A program made the position numbers and the translations under genes. Positions 27,801 to 39,049 of a DNA stretch of 64,000 nucleotides are shown piece by piece (the stretch's first letter is position 1; every line of letters starts with the position of its first letter). Source of the stretch: Macrostomum hystrix (lineage: Eukaryota; Animalia; Platyhelminthes); NCBI GenBank assembly GCA_950097015.1, contig CATNEN010000007.1, positions 4,340,001-4,404,000 of the forward strand, given 5' to 3'. The notes below the pieces were generated by a model. The model saw nothing but the letters and a program-made list of their open reading frames with translations, did no database searches and was not told the DNA's origin.

Positions 27801-28572
27801 ACTTCCGCTCTGCTCCAAACCTCACTTCCGCTCTGCTCCAAACCTCACTTCCGCTCTGCTCCGAACATGTGGCTGAGGCAGTGGCTACACGAATGGCCCA
27901 GCTGGGCTTATTGTAATTAATTTTAATCCATCTTCCAGGGCAGGAGAGATGCCTTTGTCGCTCAGCGCAAGTTTCTCACCTGTTAGGCGTCCTGCCGGCA
28001 GCCAGGCACCGTTCGCTGCATGCGTTGATGATGCGGCGCAGCACGTGCAGGCACTCGCGAAAGCGGGAGAAGAACGGATGATGACTGACTAGGCAGAGGC
28101 TGGTCAGCAGGCGACTGCGGGCTCGCGAGGTGGCTCGATCGCAGACGGAGCTTCCGCCGTTCTCTGTGGCCTCCGTCGCAGTCCATCGACGATCAATTGG
28201 CCGGTAGAAATTGTGACAGACTCCGAAGCGCACCAGACCGGAGTCCTTCTCGGTGAGGGTAAACACGAAGGTGCTGCAATCGCGCGATCCACTTGAGCCG
28301 CCGCCGCTGCTGCCGCCGCCGGCCGCCCTCCGCCGCGGCCCGGTGGCCAGGCAGCCCTCCGGCTGGCAGAAGAAGACAATATCCGGCGGCAGGTGGAAGT
28401 CCCGATGGTCCTGAGGCGGATAGCGACGAAGCAGCTGCGGAGTCTGGGCCAAGGAGTTCTGCTTGGCCGGCAGGCGGGCGCCCACCAACACGAGGTAGTC
28501 AACTAGGCGGGGACAGAGCGGCTTCTCCATGGCCAGCGAGTTCAACGAGGAGCTCCCGCCGCCGCCGCTCAT
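869..28572 (-). CDS. MADD: MAP kinase-activating death domain protein / DENN-domain Rab3 GEF (AEX-3 orthologue), multi-exon
   Basis: Phase-consistent GT-AG exons: 28572-27980 ([17 protein letters not shown], uDENN), 27104-26963 ([22 protein letters not shown]), 26216-25812 ([18 protein letters not shown]...[10 protein letters not shown], cDENN), 23238-23158, 19791-19251 (d[18 protein letters not shown]), 19018-18732, 18114-18085 (tentative), 16908-16850, 15984-15623, 13238-12952, 12599-12228 ([17 protein letters not shown]), 11586-11496, 9094-8745, 8479-8295 ([16 protein letters not shown]), 8064-7436, 6855-6752, 5599-5530, 4857-4811, 982-869 ([13 protein letters not shown]...stop). Sum 4749 nt, about 1580 aa. 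Extra exons near 11.3 kb and 10.4 kb are possible. Start may be 28530 rather than 28572. Confidence 0.93.
1087..3063. repeat. 24-bp minisatellite (gggattgcagttgagaatgtctgt), ~82 copies, last MADD intron
   Basis: Direct inspection; source of the [11 protein letters not shown]. Confidence 0.97.
3425..4260 (+). mobile_element. Internally deleted Ty3/Gypsy-like LTR retrotransposon remnant in MADD intron (antisense)
   Basis: Candidate LTR 3425-3582 bounded by TGTTGTA...TACAACA and followed by PBS-like TTGGCATC. Gag-like start MTGDNN...[12 protein letters not shown] at 3714, then protease/RT-linker text [13 protein letters not shown]...DIMGTDLM...[30 protein letters not shown], a pol-end-like SSTRIAEKL...GFVN stop and a purine tract. 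No 3' LTR seen. Confidence 0.6.
4865..5150 (+). mobile_element. tRNA-derived SINE-like remnant
   Basis: B-box-like gaggtcgcgagttcgattctc at ~4885-4910. The body motif tgggttag...gggtgtccatggactgaac recurs inverted at ~15430-15480 and ~17175-17230. Confidence 0.45.
6270..6480. repeat. G/T-rich minisatellite, same family as 1-524
   Basis: ggagtgaggtgggtggttgg-type units. Confidence 0.8.
6930..7430. repeat. 33-bp minisatellite (cccagcctgaggatgtgggagggtgttgcagga), ~15 copies
   Basis: Direct inspection; starts just after the exon donor at 7435. Confidence 0.95.
8080..8240. repeat. 17-bp tandem repeat (caagcgtttctacgaaa), ~9 copies
   Basis: Direct inspection; fills most of a short intron next to the acceptor. 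Confidence 0.95.
9712..10236. repeat. 20-21-bp minisatellite (cctgaagaatcgaagaagtga)
   Basis: Direct inspection, ~25 copies. Confidence 0.95.
12660..12950. repeat. 25-bp minisatellite (accctcacactcccctgatcccgct)
   Basis: About 11 copies abutting the exon donor at 12951. Confidence 0.95.
13315..14600. repeat. Compound purine-rich minisatellite (20-bp gcagaggatgagcagaggat, then 26-bp gggattggaggaagagcaggggatga)
   Basis: Direct inspection; source of the Pro/Ser-rich minus-strand ORFs. Confidence 0.95.
16140..16730. repeat. 28-bp minisatellite (ggttgcaacttcaaaatcacacctcatc), ~21 copies
   Basis: Direct inspection. Confidence 0.96.
18559..18650. promoter_or_regulatory. Two RFX X-box-like motifs in a MADD intron
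   Basis: GTTGTCATAGCAAC (18559-18572) and GTTGCTATGGAAAC (18637-18650) both fit GTHNYY-AT-RRNAAC. Confidence 0.35.
19139..19232. repeat. (AGAC)n microsatellite
   Basis: Direct inspection. Confidence 0.97.
19990..22115. repeat. 35-bp minisatellite (cactcactgaccagtcagataactccaggacagtt), ~60 copies
   Basis: Direct inspection; each unit contains a ctgac-ca-gtcag dyad. Confidence 0.97.
23325..23510. repeat. 36-bp tandem repeat, ~5 copies
   Basis: tcagtgtacattgattggagggtggggttgctcgcc units. Confidence 0.9.
24750..24815 (+). mobile_element. CORE-like SINE central-domain remnant
   Basis: gtgcccttaagcagagcacttaa...tttacccagctgtaacagggtac; a similar copy at ~33815-33885 (tttacccagctgtaaaatgggtac) resembles the MIR/CORE consensus. 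Confidence 0.4.
25693..25797. repeat. 19-bp tandem repeat (ttgtacacaggctattagc)
   Basis: About 5 copies. Confidence 0.9.
26250..26585. repeat. 21-bp minisatellite (gctctgccctccgatctcccc)
   Basis: Direct inspection. Confidence 0.93.
27238..27862. repeat. 23-bp minisatellite (cctcacttccgctctgctccaaa), ~27 copies
   Basis: Direct inspection. Confidence 0.96.
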
Positions 28573-28734
28573 CGTTTGTAAATGACTGAAGAGGCCTCAG
28601 CTGCCTGGCTTGGCTGGGTGCTCAGCTGGTGGCCGAACGAAGGAAGACCCACTGGAGTAGATAGGATTGCTGTATTATGGGATCTGCTATAGAGTTAAGG
28701 ATAGTGCAGCCTCTATACTCCTTGTCTATCGATA

Positions 28735-28950
28735 TGAGGATCAGGGAAACTTTGACATGGCCTGGGGATCAGAGAAAATTGTGACACGAACAGGGAATCA
28801 GGGAAATTTTGACCCGACCTGGGGATAATGGGAATTTTGATACGACCCAGGGATCAGAGGAAATTGTGACCCGACCTGGGGATCAGAGGAAACTGTGACC
28901 CAAACTGGGAATCAGAGGAAATTGTGACCCAAACTGGGAATGAGGAAATT
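28735..28950. repeat. Degenerate ~30-bp repeat (ggggatcagaggaaattgtgacccgacct)
   Basis: About 7 diverged copies. Confidence 0.75.
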
Positions 28951-30604
28951 GTAGAAATTTAGGAAAAAATAAGTTGAACCCTACGGATAGCGGATATGAT
29001 GCGCAAAAACAGGTAAGACTTGCATGTACAAATACAAGCTTGTAGTATTTAAAAGTTATGGGATACTCAACCAATTTTACCTAGTTCGTATCCAATCAGC
29101 ATTGATCGCTGCAATCACACAATGAGAACTTACAAAAATTCGGCGTGGATGCAATAGTAAATAATTCGAGACAGGCCAGCCAGTCTGACAGATCAAGAAA
29201 CTAGCGGCACCGCTGATGAGCCCCGCACACTCATATGTAGGCCAAGAGGGGCCTTTCGCTTGCTCACTCATGACATCCAATCAATGAAGCCCCACACGCA
29301 GGCCTAATAACAGGGCGCTCAGCGAGACAGGGAGGGAAGGAAATTGTCAGAAATCTCCGACTCAGCGAAGCCCCTCACTCCGACCAGCAGCCCGACACGA
29401 AGCCCGCCTAAACACTTTTGCCCAACCACCCACCCAGCTTAAATGCATGCGTTCGATTAGGCCAGCTATGCTCATACTCAACCGGCGAGCTAAGGAGACA
29501 GAGGGAGAGTGAGTTAGGGTTATTAGCACACTCAGTCAGACGGGACTAGGGTCAGTTCGGCATTTCGCAGCAGCACAGCAGCACAAGCATCCCTCCCAGC
29601 TGCAGTAGTGGATTGCCCTCAGAGAGAACCGGGTACGCCTGCTTAATATTCCCCGCACCATAACTGTACGCTATGAGGGCGGGAGACCGATTCGATACAG
29701 AGCAACTGTGAAATCGGAGCAGCCTTACAATTAAATGGAATATAGATTTGGCTGATCCCAATCAACATTGCACCAACTTTAGGACAATGCCTAAACATAG
29801 AGGAAACATTGAAAACAATTTTTATTGGAGCATAGCGTGAGCAGGAAGTGTATACTAGGACTCGAGCAAAATCTGTATACAAGTATGAGTCATTCATTTA
29901 CAACCCCACCTGAATCCCCTAAGCGAGTAATCTGGTATGAATCAAATCCAGTTTTGATTATAAAAACACTTCTACAAACGCTTAGTATAAATAAACTGCG
30001 ACAAGCAAATAAAAGAAAACAAGACAGACACAGCGGCATAAGACAACAGTCGCCATTGATTCAAATTGAAACTACTTACTAATTGTTGTTTATTTATATA
30101 ATATTAGTATTAGTAGTAGTATAATAATGGCTCAACTGATTATTAGCCACTACAGAAATGTTCTGCTAACAATTTAACGCAACAGTGCGCCTGCGATTCA
30201 ACAAGAAAATTGACGAAGAGCGGGGAGAATTTCAAAATAAGTTGAAGCATGCGGCTGTAGCTGGGGGACTCCAGATGAGCGGATGGGTGAACCAAGTCGC
30301 TAGTACACCTGGCAGTTCTATCATACAGGGAGGCTCTAAACAGCATAACGGTTTCTCGCGGCTGCTATCTATGTTAATAAACACGAAAATTTGAGAAGAT
30401 AAAAACTAGACGGCTGAGCTGCTGGCGAGAAAAGTACATTTGGGAAATGTTCCGCTTTGAAAAAAACACGCGCACGCAGACAGAATCCGGTAGAACTTCT
30501 AATTGAGAAATCTCAGCCAGCTAGAGCATATAGCCAAACACTAACTCCCCCCTGTCAAAGCAATCTCCCATTCCAACTGGCATCAGCTCATATTTATACG
30601 GTCG

Positions 30605-30619
30605 GTTGCCAATGGCAAC
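30605..30619. promoter_or_regulatory. Palindromic X-box-like motif GTTGCCAATGGCAAC between NDUFS1 and MADD
   Basis: Dyad with 3-nt spacer, located in the presumed MADD upstream region. Confidence 0.35.
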
Positions 30620-30996
30620 GCGATAAGTTTTTTAAACCGAGACGTAGAGGTGGGGGAGGAGAGAAACACGAGATGCGAAGGGATTTGCGGAAATCGAAGA
30701 GTAGCTTTCTGTGTAGCTGGGAATGAAACAAGGCTTGCTCTTGCACACTCCACCCAATGTCCCCAATGCCAGTGTGGAACTGGAGACAGCTAGAGCAACT
30801 AAAAAGTCACCGACGACAAAAATGAATGAGAGAGAAAGCGAGAAGGAAGGCAGGCTAATTTTCAAGGCGGGTAGGGAGAAATGTAACAGAGGGGAAAATA
30901 TAGTCTATGGAGCGATCTTCTCAGCGTTTGTAAAATCCCATTGATTTGAAGAACTAATCTAGGTAAATCTTCGGTTGGAGCCTGGCCGGGTCGCGC

Positions 30997-33900
30997 TCAG
31001 TACTTGGCAGGCTTAGTAGCGGCTTGGACACACTTGGCCATTGTCAGCGATGACCGCGAGATTGAGTCGGTCATATAGAAATCCGGCAGGTCCATCAGTG
31101 ACAGCCGGATCGGTGAGGCGTCCAGCTTCTTGCTACCAGGCTGTAAAATCGTGTGCGGGTAAAATATAATGCCTTGATTGTCCTTGCAAGCTATAAGTAG
31201 ATAAGTTGCACATCGTTTGACTGCAATTAGAATCATTGGAAAATCATGCGCGATGACAAGGCTTGGGTTCCGGTGAGTGTTTATAGATACAGACTGCCTC
31301 ACAATAAGAAAACCAGATTAGATAATACAACTTAACTTATCCTGCGAGTACTAAACAAAAAACTTTCTGAACATGCTACTATTAATAGACTAGAACAAAC
31401 GCGTGCCTCCGATTAAAATACCATATTACCGACATGACTCAGTCCTAGTTATTCTCAACCTACTCTAGCGAGGGGTTTCAAATTTGGAAGGTAAAAAACA
31501 GGGCACTTACCACCTTTGCGAGCTGCAGACACTGGCTGAAATAGTTGGCCTCCTCAACAGCGTCGTAGCGAGTCAGGTGTGGCGCAATCTGAGCCATCCT
31601 GGCGCGCACCTGCTCCAGGCTGTCGTAGGGCAGGTTGGCGCCGGCGATCTCGGAGAGGGCGCGAGCAATCTTCCAGTCTTCGCGAGCAGCACCGGGCGTA
31701 GAGACCGCCGGCCGGGTCTGCTGGGCGCGGCCTTCGGTGTTCACGTAGGTGGCAGTCTTCTCGGTGTAGGCGGCACCGGGCAGAACGGCGTCAGCGATGG
31801 CGGCTCCGACGTCGCCGTGGCTGCCTGCGAAGTTTTTATGGGTGGCAGGTATTGAGATGGGTGGTGGCGAGTAGCGAGCTAGGTGTAGAACAGTGAGGTG
31901 ATCACCCTGCAGTGAGGAGGTTCTTAGGGAGTGAGGTGGGAATCAGGGAGTGAGGTGGGTGTCGGAGTGAGGTGGGTATCAGGGAGTGAGGTGGGTGTCG
32001 GAGTGAGGTGGGTATCAGGGAGTGAGGTGGGTGTCAGTCATGGAGTGAACTGGATGTCAATTAGTGACGTGGGTGCCAAGGAAGTGGGATTATAATCAGA
32101 GTATCAGAGTAAGATGGTAAAACAATATGTGAATGCTGGAAAGGTCGGCGAAGGTGTTAGTCAATGCTTAATCCACAGTTCATCGAATGACCAGGTAGCC
32201 TTGTACCTACGCTTACCAATATAAACCACATAGGCGTCGGGCGCTAGGTCCGACCTTTTAATTAGACCAGCGTCGGCGCCCAATAGGAAGAGCAGGCGCG
32301 GCTTGGCAGCCCTGATAGCCTCCGGTCCGGCCCGATAGCCCAAGTCCAGAGCGGCCACCTGGCTGGCCACACGGTGGAGCAGGTTGAAGACGCGCCAGTC
32401 GGATCCGCCCTCAGCAGCGGAGTTGGCCTTCACTTTCTGACGGAGCGACTCGCTCAGCTGCAGAGCCGCGGCATGTAGGGCTTGGCCGTCCGGACGACCG
32501 AGAGCTTCGCTGCCCACCAGGACTAGCGGGCGTTTGGCAGCGGCCAGCGTCTTAGGTGATAAGAATGCGGCGATATGGATAGAAAAACGGATCTAAACAG
32601 TATTTCTAGCCGCTTGTATACAATAATTTATGCTCACCTTAGCGAATGGATGCGAGCCGTCGGCCAGGCGAAGCAGAGCGTCCGGTGAATCGCCCAGGTG
32701 ATCGTAGGTATAGGATAAATCCACCTTGGGCCCAACTGAGGCCACACTGAGCTCATTGTGGAGCCAGCACTTGCGCAGGCGGGCATTGAGCACCGGGGCT
32801 TCATAGCGCGGATTCGTGCCAACCAGCAGGACCAGGTCGGCGTCCTCCACGCCGGCGATGCGGGAGTTCATGAGGTAGGCGCTGCGCAGGTCCGTGCAGC
32901 TGGGGAAGGCCTCCTCGGTGCAGGTGAGCTCCGATTGGGCAGCATTGACCAGATCCTTCAGGGCAGTCAGTGCCTCAGCGTCGGCGAACGGACCGGCCAG
33001 GACTGCGGTCTGGTCCGGGGCCTGGCGACAGGTGGACAGTCGGCTGGCCACCTCTTGCAGCGCGTCCGGCCAGTCCGAGTTGGTCAGTTGGCCATTGCGG
33101 CGCAGCTAAAAAAAGTCCAGCGGAGAAATTTGACAGTTTCTGCGGGACTGAAAGAGCTTAACAAAAAAACTAACGAGTGTGCGGAAGGGCCCGGGTTCGA
33201 ATCCACGCATGTTTACTAAAGAAAGATACAGACATTGCCGAGGTGGACAATGGCCCTCATTGATCGTTCTCCTCAATCTAATCTTCAGACCCAAGACCAG
33301 AGCAAAAATCATCAGAGCCATTACCATGGGAGTGACCAAGCGCTGCCGCTTCAGTCCATCGTAGGCGAAGCGGGCCTTGTCGGAGATCCACTCCTCATTG
33401 ATGCCGTCGTGCAGCCTGGGAATGACTCGCATAACCTCGTTGGTTCGAGCGCTGACAGTGATATTGGAGCCCAGGGCGTCCATAACGTCTACGGATTCAA
33501 CGCGGGTCAGCTCCCAGGGCCGGGCGGTGAAAGAGTAGGGCTTGCTGGTCAGGGCGCCCACCGGGCACAGGTCGATGACGTTGCCAGACAGCTCACTGCG
33601 GAATAGCTTCTCAACGTAGGTGCCAATCTGAAAATAAATATTAAATTTAAATATTATTGGTTCATGAATTTTAATAAGTAAGACAGTAAAAAAGCTTGGA
33701 ATCTGTGGAGTGGCGCTAGGTATCTAGTTGGAACAAAGAAATAACAAATGCTACTAAAAATATTGTAGTACAGCTCATATTTTAGCACATTGGTTAGAGC
33801 TTCAAGGGAGACGATTCGGGTCCTAGAGCAAGTATCTCTATTCTCTTGCATTAAGTTTTACCCAGCTGTAAAATGGGTACTCAGCTTAGTTAGGAATGTG

Positions 33901-34733
33901 GGTGGATGGGGCGGCCCCCTTTGTCCATAGATTAAACAGCTGTTTGATACGCCAGCAAAACTCGCCTGCATGTCGTTGCCACGGCCGGTAGTGCCGAGAT
34001 CCTCAACTCCGGCCACTTCGGAAGCGAAGCGCACACAGCGGGTGCAGTGAATGCAGCGAGTCATGATGGTCTTCACCAGCGGTCCGATGTTCTTATCTTC
34101 CACTGCACGCTTTCCCTCGTGCAGATTGTCGGTGAAGCGAGACCGGTCGCTGCCGAACACCATCGACTGGTCCTGCAGGTCGCACTCGCCACCCTGTCAG
34201 AGAATCCAAAGGTGAATATTTGAAAATGGGATGAGAAACTGCGATCTGCTAGCAGCCTATTCGGTGTGCTTCTGTTTCAATTATTTTTTGACATAGCATA
34301 GCGGTATGCTTTATCAGCCTTCCCATAGACAGACCTGATCGCAGATCGGGCAGTCCAGCGGATGATTGACCAGCAGGAATTCCATGACACCTTCGCGAGC
34401 CTTTCGAGTCATTGGGGAGTCTGTCTTGACCCGCATGCCCTTCATAACTGGCATGGCGCAGCTGGCCACAGGCTTGATGGACTTCTCAACTTCCACTAGG
34501 CACATGCGGCAGTTGCCAGCAATGGACAGGCGCTCGTGATAGCAAAATCTGGGGATTTCCACTCCCGCCAGAGCGCAGGCCTGCAGAACAGTCATGCCCG
34601 GGTCGCATTGCACCGGCTTCCCGTCTACAAACACTTCAACTTTGTTGCTGCTGGGAGCGGCAGTGGCGGAGAAGCGGCGGGCGCGGGCGGCGCCAGCCAT
34701 CAGACGCCTGGCTGAAGCGATTCGGCCGAGCAT
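30997..34733 (-). CDS. NDUFS1: NADH-ubiquinone oxidoreductase 75 kDa subunit, mitochondrial precursor
   Basis: Exons 34733-34335, 34193-33966, 33627-33325, 33105-32638, 32550-32217, 31824-31511, 31140-30997 sum to 2190 nt (729 aa). Arg-rich presequence; Fe-S motifs [67 protein letters not shown]; C-terminal [12 protein letters not shown]. Confidence 0.97.
31860..32040. repeat. G/T-rich minisatellite in NDUFS1 intron
   Basis: ggagtgaggtgggt(atc/gtc) units. Confidence 0.8.
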
Positions 34734-35710
34734 GGCGGCTACTGGCTGTTGCTGCTGCGGATTGAGAGTTCGAATGCAGCATTGCCAAACTCAAACTTTT
34801 CCAATAACTTCAGATTTAGAGCATGTGTTTCATAGTTTCCACAATAAACTATTATATTATAGGTTCATTAAGCAGAATATAAGTTCTGTACTTTTGCTAA
34901 AATGCTACAAAATATATGTAGCTAGCATAGAGAGCAGAGACTATTGCATGCAAAGCAATCGACTGCTCAGCCAATTATTTCTACCTAATTGCCCACATAA
35001 ATCTATAGTTGATATTATTAAAAACATATCTATATTTCCAAACTGGTTGCACTTTTTACAGAAAAAATGGACGTGCACTAACTCATGCAGCATTTTATAA
35101 AAAGAGCATGCTACATGTTTTGCCTATAGAGTAGCAGTTGTCTCTCAGGCAATTGTTGTAGACCCCATTCATATTAAAACCACATGACTAATACTCATTT
35201 CTATGTAATCATAGAAAAGCATGAGTTAAAAAGTATAAATGAGAACCAGTTAAATAGTTCTGATTTTTCAGCTTCAATATAACAAAAAACAAACCTTAAA
35301 TAAAAGAGCTTGCAAGTTTCAGTTTCTAATAAAGGCACATAAATAATATTAACGATTTTTGTTAAGTTTCTGATATCTATGTTTTCAATATTACAATGTC
35401 TAGCCATGTGTAAAAATGGTAGTTATAACTATGATCTTATTAATTCGTATATAAATGAAAGTCTTTGTTTCTATAGCTAATCACTTGAACATGCTGTTAT
35501 ATTTCATTGTTCCTATTAGATCAAAACAATTATGGAAAGATTGCTAGCAACTATTGTAAGCATATCAACTTTTAGCAATCTTGCAGTTCCACACATTTAA
35601 TTATTTTTAATTTCAATTGTATTTAATTTAATTTAATTTAATTAATCATTTAGTCGATTTCATAAATTCAGAATAACTTCAGTTTGACAACTCAATCTCA
35701 AGTTGCCAAC

Positions 35711-36654
35711 ATGGCAGGACGTCCACCAGCTCTAACAACCATTGTACCACCTGGCGAACTTTGAAAGCCTGCAGAATTGTGCAACTTGGACCCTACGATG
35801 CCTGAACTGGGTGCGATGACAGCAAATCCAATGGAGACCAACAAGTGGCTGGCCAAGTATTGGCTTCTGGCAAATGAATGCCATTGTGACAGTTGTCCTG
35901 GTCATCCATCAATGCATCTTCAACATCGTGGGGGAGACCACTTTGTTGATGACTGTGCATGGGCCAGTCCCCGATGCCGACTGCAGGCTTCAGTCCGCAA
36001 GGGTTCCTTCTTTGAGGGAAGCCATCTGACGCTGACCCAGCTACTTGACCTGATCTACTGGTGGGCCACGGGTGCCAAGCAGGCCAAGGTGCAGCACCAA
36101 TGCCACATTGCCAAGCATACTATTGTTGACTAGCAAAATTTCATCAGGGTCAGTTCCTTCAGGACCACCCTTTGCAGCTTGGTGGCAATGGTGTCGACAT
36201 TAAGGTGGATGAGAGCTACTTCTTCCACCAGAATTATCATCAGGGAGCCTTTCGCCCTGGGCAGTGGGTGCTCGGGATGATCGAGCGTGGTTCTAACCGC
36301 TGGATGATGGTGGCTGTTCCAGACAGGTCGGCGGCAACTCTTTTGCCAATCATTGCCCATCATGTGCTTCCTGGCAATCGGATCATCACGGACCAGTGGC
36401 AAGCCTATAACCAACTGGCCAACCATGTGACTGTCAATCACTGGCTCAACTTTGTGGACCCCAACAATCCAATGGTCCATACCAACACCATTGAAGGCAC
36501 ATGGGCCCATGTCAAGGCCAGACTGCGGTCCATGCACGGAACATCAAAGGCACTATTTGAAACACACCTAGAAGAGTTTCTCTGGCGCCGGTGCTTCCAG
36601 TGGAAGATCTTCGGGAATCTTCTATTCTGGGTGGCTCACTACTACCCCGTGTAA
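35711..36654 (+). pseudogene. Merlin/IS1595 (ISXO2-like) DDE transposase pseudogene
   Basis: Zn-ribbon-like CHCDSC, SVRKGSFFEGSHL, IKVDESYF (D), IITDQWQAY (D), TVNH...NFVDP...HTNTIEGTW (E), HLEEFLWRR. Stops at ~35762 and 36131 and a frameshift at ~36150. Confidence 0.88.
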
Positions 36655-36781
36655 TTGGTGCAGCTTTGCTAGTCTGAGGTTTCCAGCATGTGTTTGACTG
36701 TCTCTTGTTGTTTCCTGTTGCATTGCATTGCATCACATTGCAGTTATGTTGCCGTCTGAAACAATTTAACATTAAAAATAA

Positions 36782-37252
36782 GGCAGTTGTTATTTGTCCG
36801 GTTAACCAGACAAATAACCATTTTATTATTTGTCTGGTTAACTGAGTTATAACTTATAACTAAGTTATAAGGGGTTGTAGCACTACCACAAGAACATCTA
36901 TCATTTGTAAGATAAAATAATTAACAAGCTGCAAAAGGACAGTCATTCAGATTTGAAGTTTGTCTCAAATTATTCTTGTTTATCAGCTAATTAAAAAATG
37001 AAAACCTTTTCCAGCAATTCGGTTGTTTCAGGGACTAACTTAGTTCAAGGGTATAGTTTGGTCTTTGTGAGGTCAAGACTCAAGATGGCTCTCAGCAGGG
37101 CAAGAGTGGTCTTTGGGAGGATCATTGCTCTTGCTCATTGAAAGGGGAGAAATTAAGTCCTTGGGTGGTTAACCGGTTAACCAGACAAATAATCAAATGG
37201 CTATTTGTCCGGTTGGCTATTTGTCCCGTTAACCAGATGAATAACAACTACC
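36782..37252. mobile_element. MITE with ~36-bp TIRs and 9-bp TSD (Merlin-like)
   Basis: Left GGCAGTTGTTATTTGTCCGGTTAACCAGACAAATA; the right end reverse-complements to GGTAGTTGTTATTCATCTGGTTAACGGGACAAATA. TAAAAATAA at 36773-36781 and 37253-37261. Confidence 0.8.
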
Positions 37253-39049
37253 TAAAAATAATTAAACATGCGGAACTGCAAGATTGCCCAACTTTTAATG
37301 TATATTTTTTAATTGTCTTCTAAGTAGTTTAGAGTAATTATCATATTAAAAAATTAAAAAATATAAAAAAATTTTTTACTAGTAAAAGTAAAAACTAATT
37401 GAATTATATTTTGCATGTAAAAAATAGATTCTTAAATATCTGTTTAGATAGATGGCACAGTCTATTTGGTATAGAATTTTGCTCTCCAAAGTCTTTCAGC
37501 ACAAAGTTGTCATAAAAAGTAGTTTCTGTTATAATATACAATATATAACAATGATTCAGATTTTATATGGGCAAATAAACCATTCAGTCAAAGGAGGAAG
37601 AAAAAAGGTAATATAGGGTCAGAAGAAAATAATTAGCACAGTCACAGTGGCAGTGGGCCATATTTACTGGCAAAAAGATAAGATGGGGGATATATGATTA
37701 TTGAGCCTTGTGGGCTATATGTGGCCAATAGCCTAGAGTTTTCCAACCCAGTGTTTTAAAGGTTCTAGGTAAGGAAACCTTTATGATACATATTTCTGTT
37801 AATATTATCGTTATCAATATAAGTTTTATAATTAAAAACACCCACATTGAAAAAAATATGGCTAAAATAAGTTGTTACAATCAGCATAGCACTAGTTTTA
37901 TACTGTTATCCATACCGTCTAAGTATTAAAAAAGAAGTTTATTGACCTGGTAGGCCCTACTAGTAATATGCACGACTGTATAGCTGTACGATCTGAAATT
38001 TAACATGTAGACCTACATCATTTAAAGAAGTGATAGTTAGCTTAAAATAACTATTTGGGCCTATTTAAAGCAAGAGTATAATTTACTGATTTAATGATTA
38101 TTGGCTTTCTTTCACTTCATTTCGTTTGAGTGTTTCAGTTTTAAAGTACGCAAGAAAATATTCATTTTTCTAAGAAATTAGTTTGCGTAATGAAATCGTA
38201 CTCAGATTTATACGTACTCGTAGATTTATATAGTTATCGTTTATTAGCGCATTTTAAAGTATTTTATAATGCATTTACAGGATTTATTCGCTATAGTAGT
38301 GCTTTGTTATTTTTTATCGCTTTTCTTTTTGTTATTACGCGCTCGTATATTTAAAGTTGCTATAAAAGTTAGAATCTTAAATTGTACTCTGCGGACAACA
38401 CATCTCGCTCTCTCTAAATATACTAATTTTCACGTGTTGGTTTCTGGGTGTGTGTCTGTAATTTCGACATCTCCTAGAATACTGGCAACTCAGTCTTGAA
38501 ACTTATATGGGAAAATGAGAAATTGTCCAAAGTCGGCTATAGGCTATTTTAATTCTGAAATTTCAAATTCTATGATCCTCAAAAAAGCAGAAAGGCTATT
38601 AAGTAGTATATAGTATGCAAATGCCTTCCCGCTGAGATGAAATTGGCTTTGGTTAAATGAGTTGCGTCAACATTTTGTGCCTATCTGTTCAGTGTATTTT
38701 CTCTCCAGTGGAGGGTTGGCAGTCGGTTTGAAAATGGGGCGGAGAGGTGGCCGTACGCACATTCTAACTGCCTCTGTGTATTGGAGGAGAGAGGGTGCCG
38801 TTAGTCAGTTCTATTCAGGGGTCTGATTTGTTCAATATCAAAGTGCGTGCGTACAATGGGCTGGGGCGGAGTTGGTGGGGTTAAAATTCTATTAATAAAC
38901 TTGGCGGGCCTCTCACTGTAGGCGGAGAAGAATGTGCTTGCTAAACTGGCTGCCCTTTGCGCTAAAAAGCAGTGAAATTTCAACTGAGAATTATTATTTT
39001 ACTTTTTAAGATTGGTGGATAAAATTTGTAATGCTGAAAAAAAACTGAG

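Noticed and set aside
35777-36654. Bacterial IS1595 contamination or recent horizontal transfer
   Set aside because: Decayed copy embedded in eukaryotic sequence; Merlin is the established eukaryotic branch of this family.
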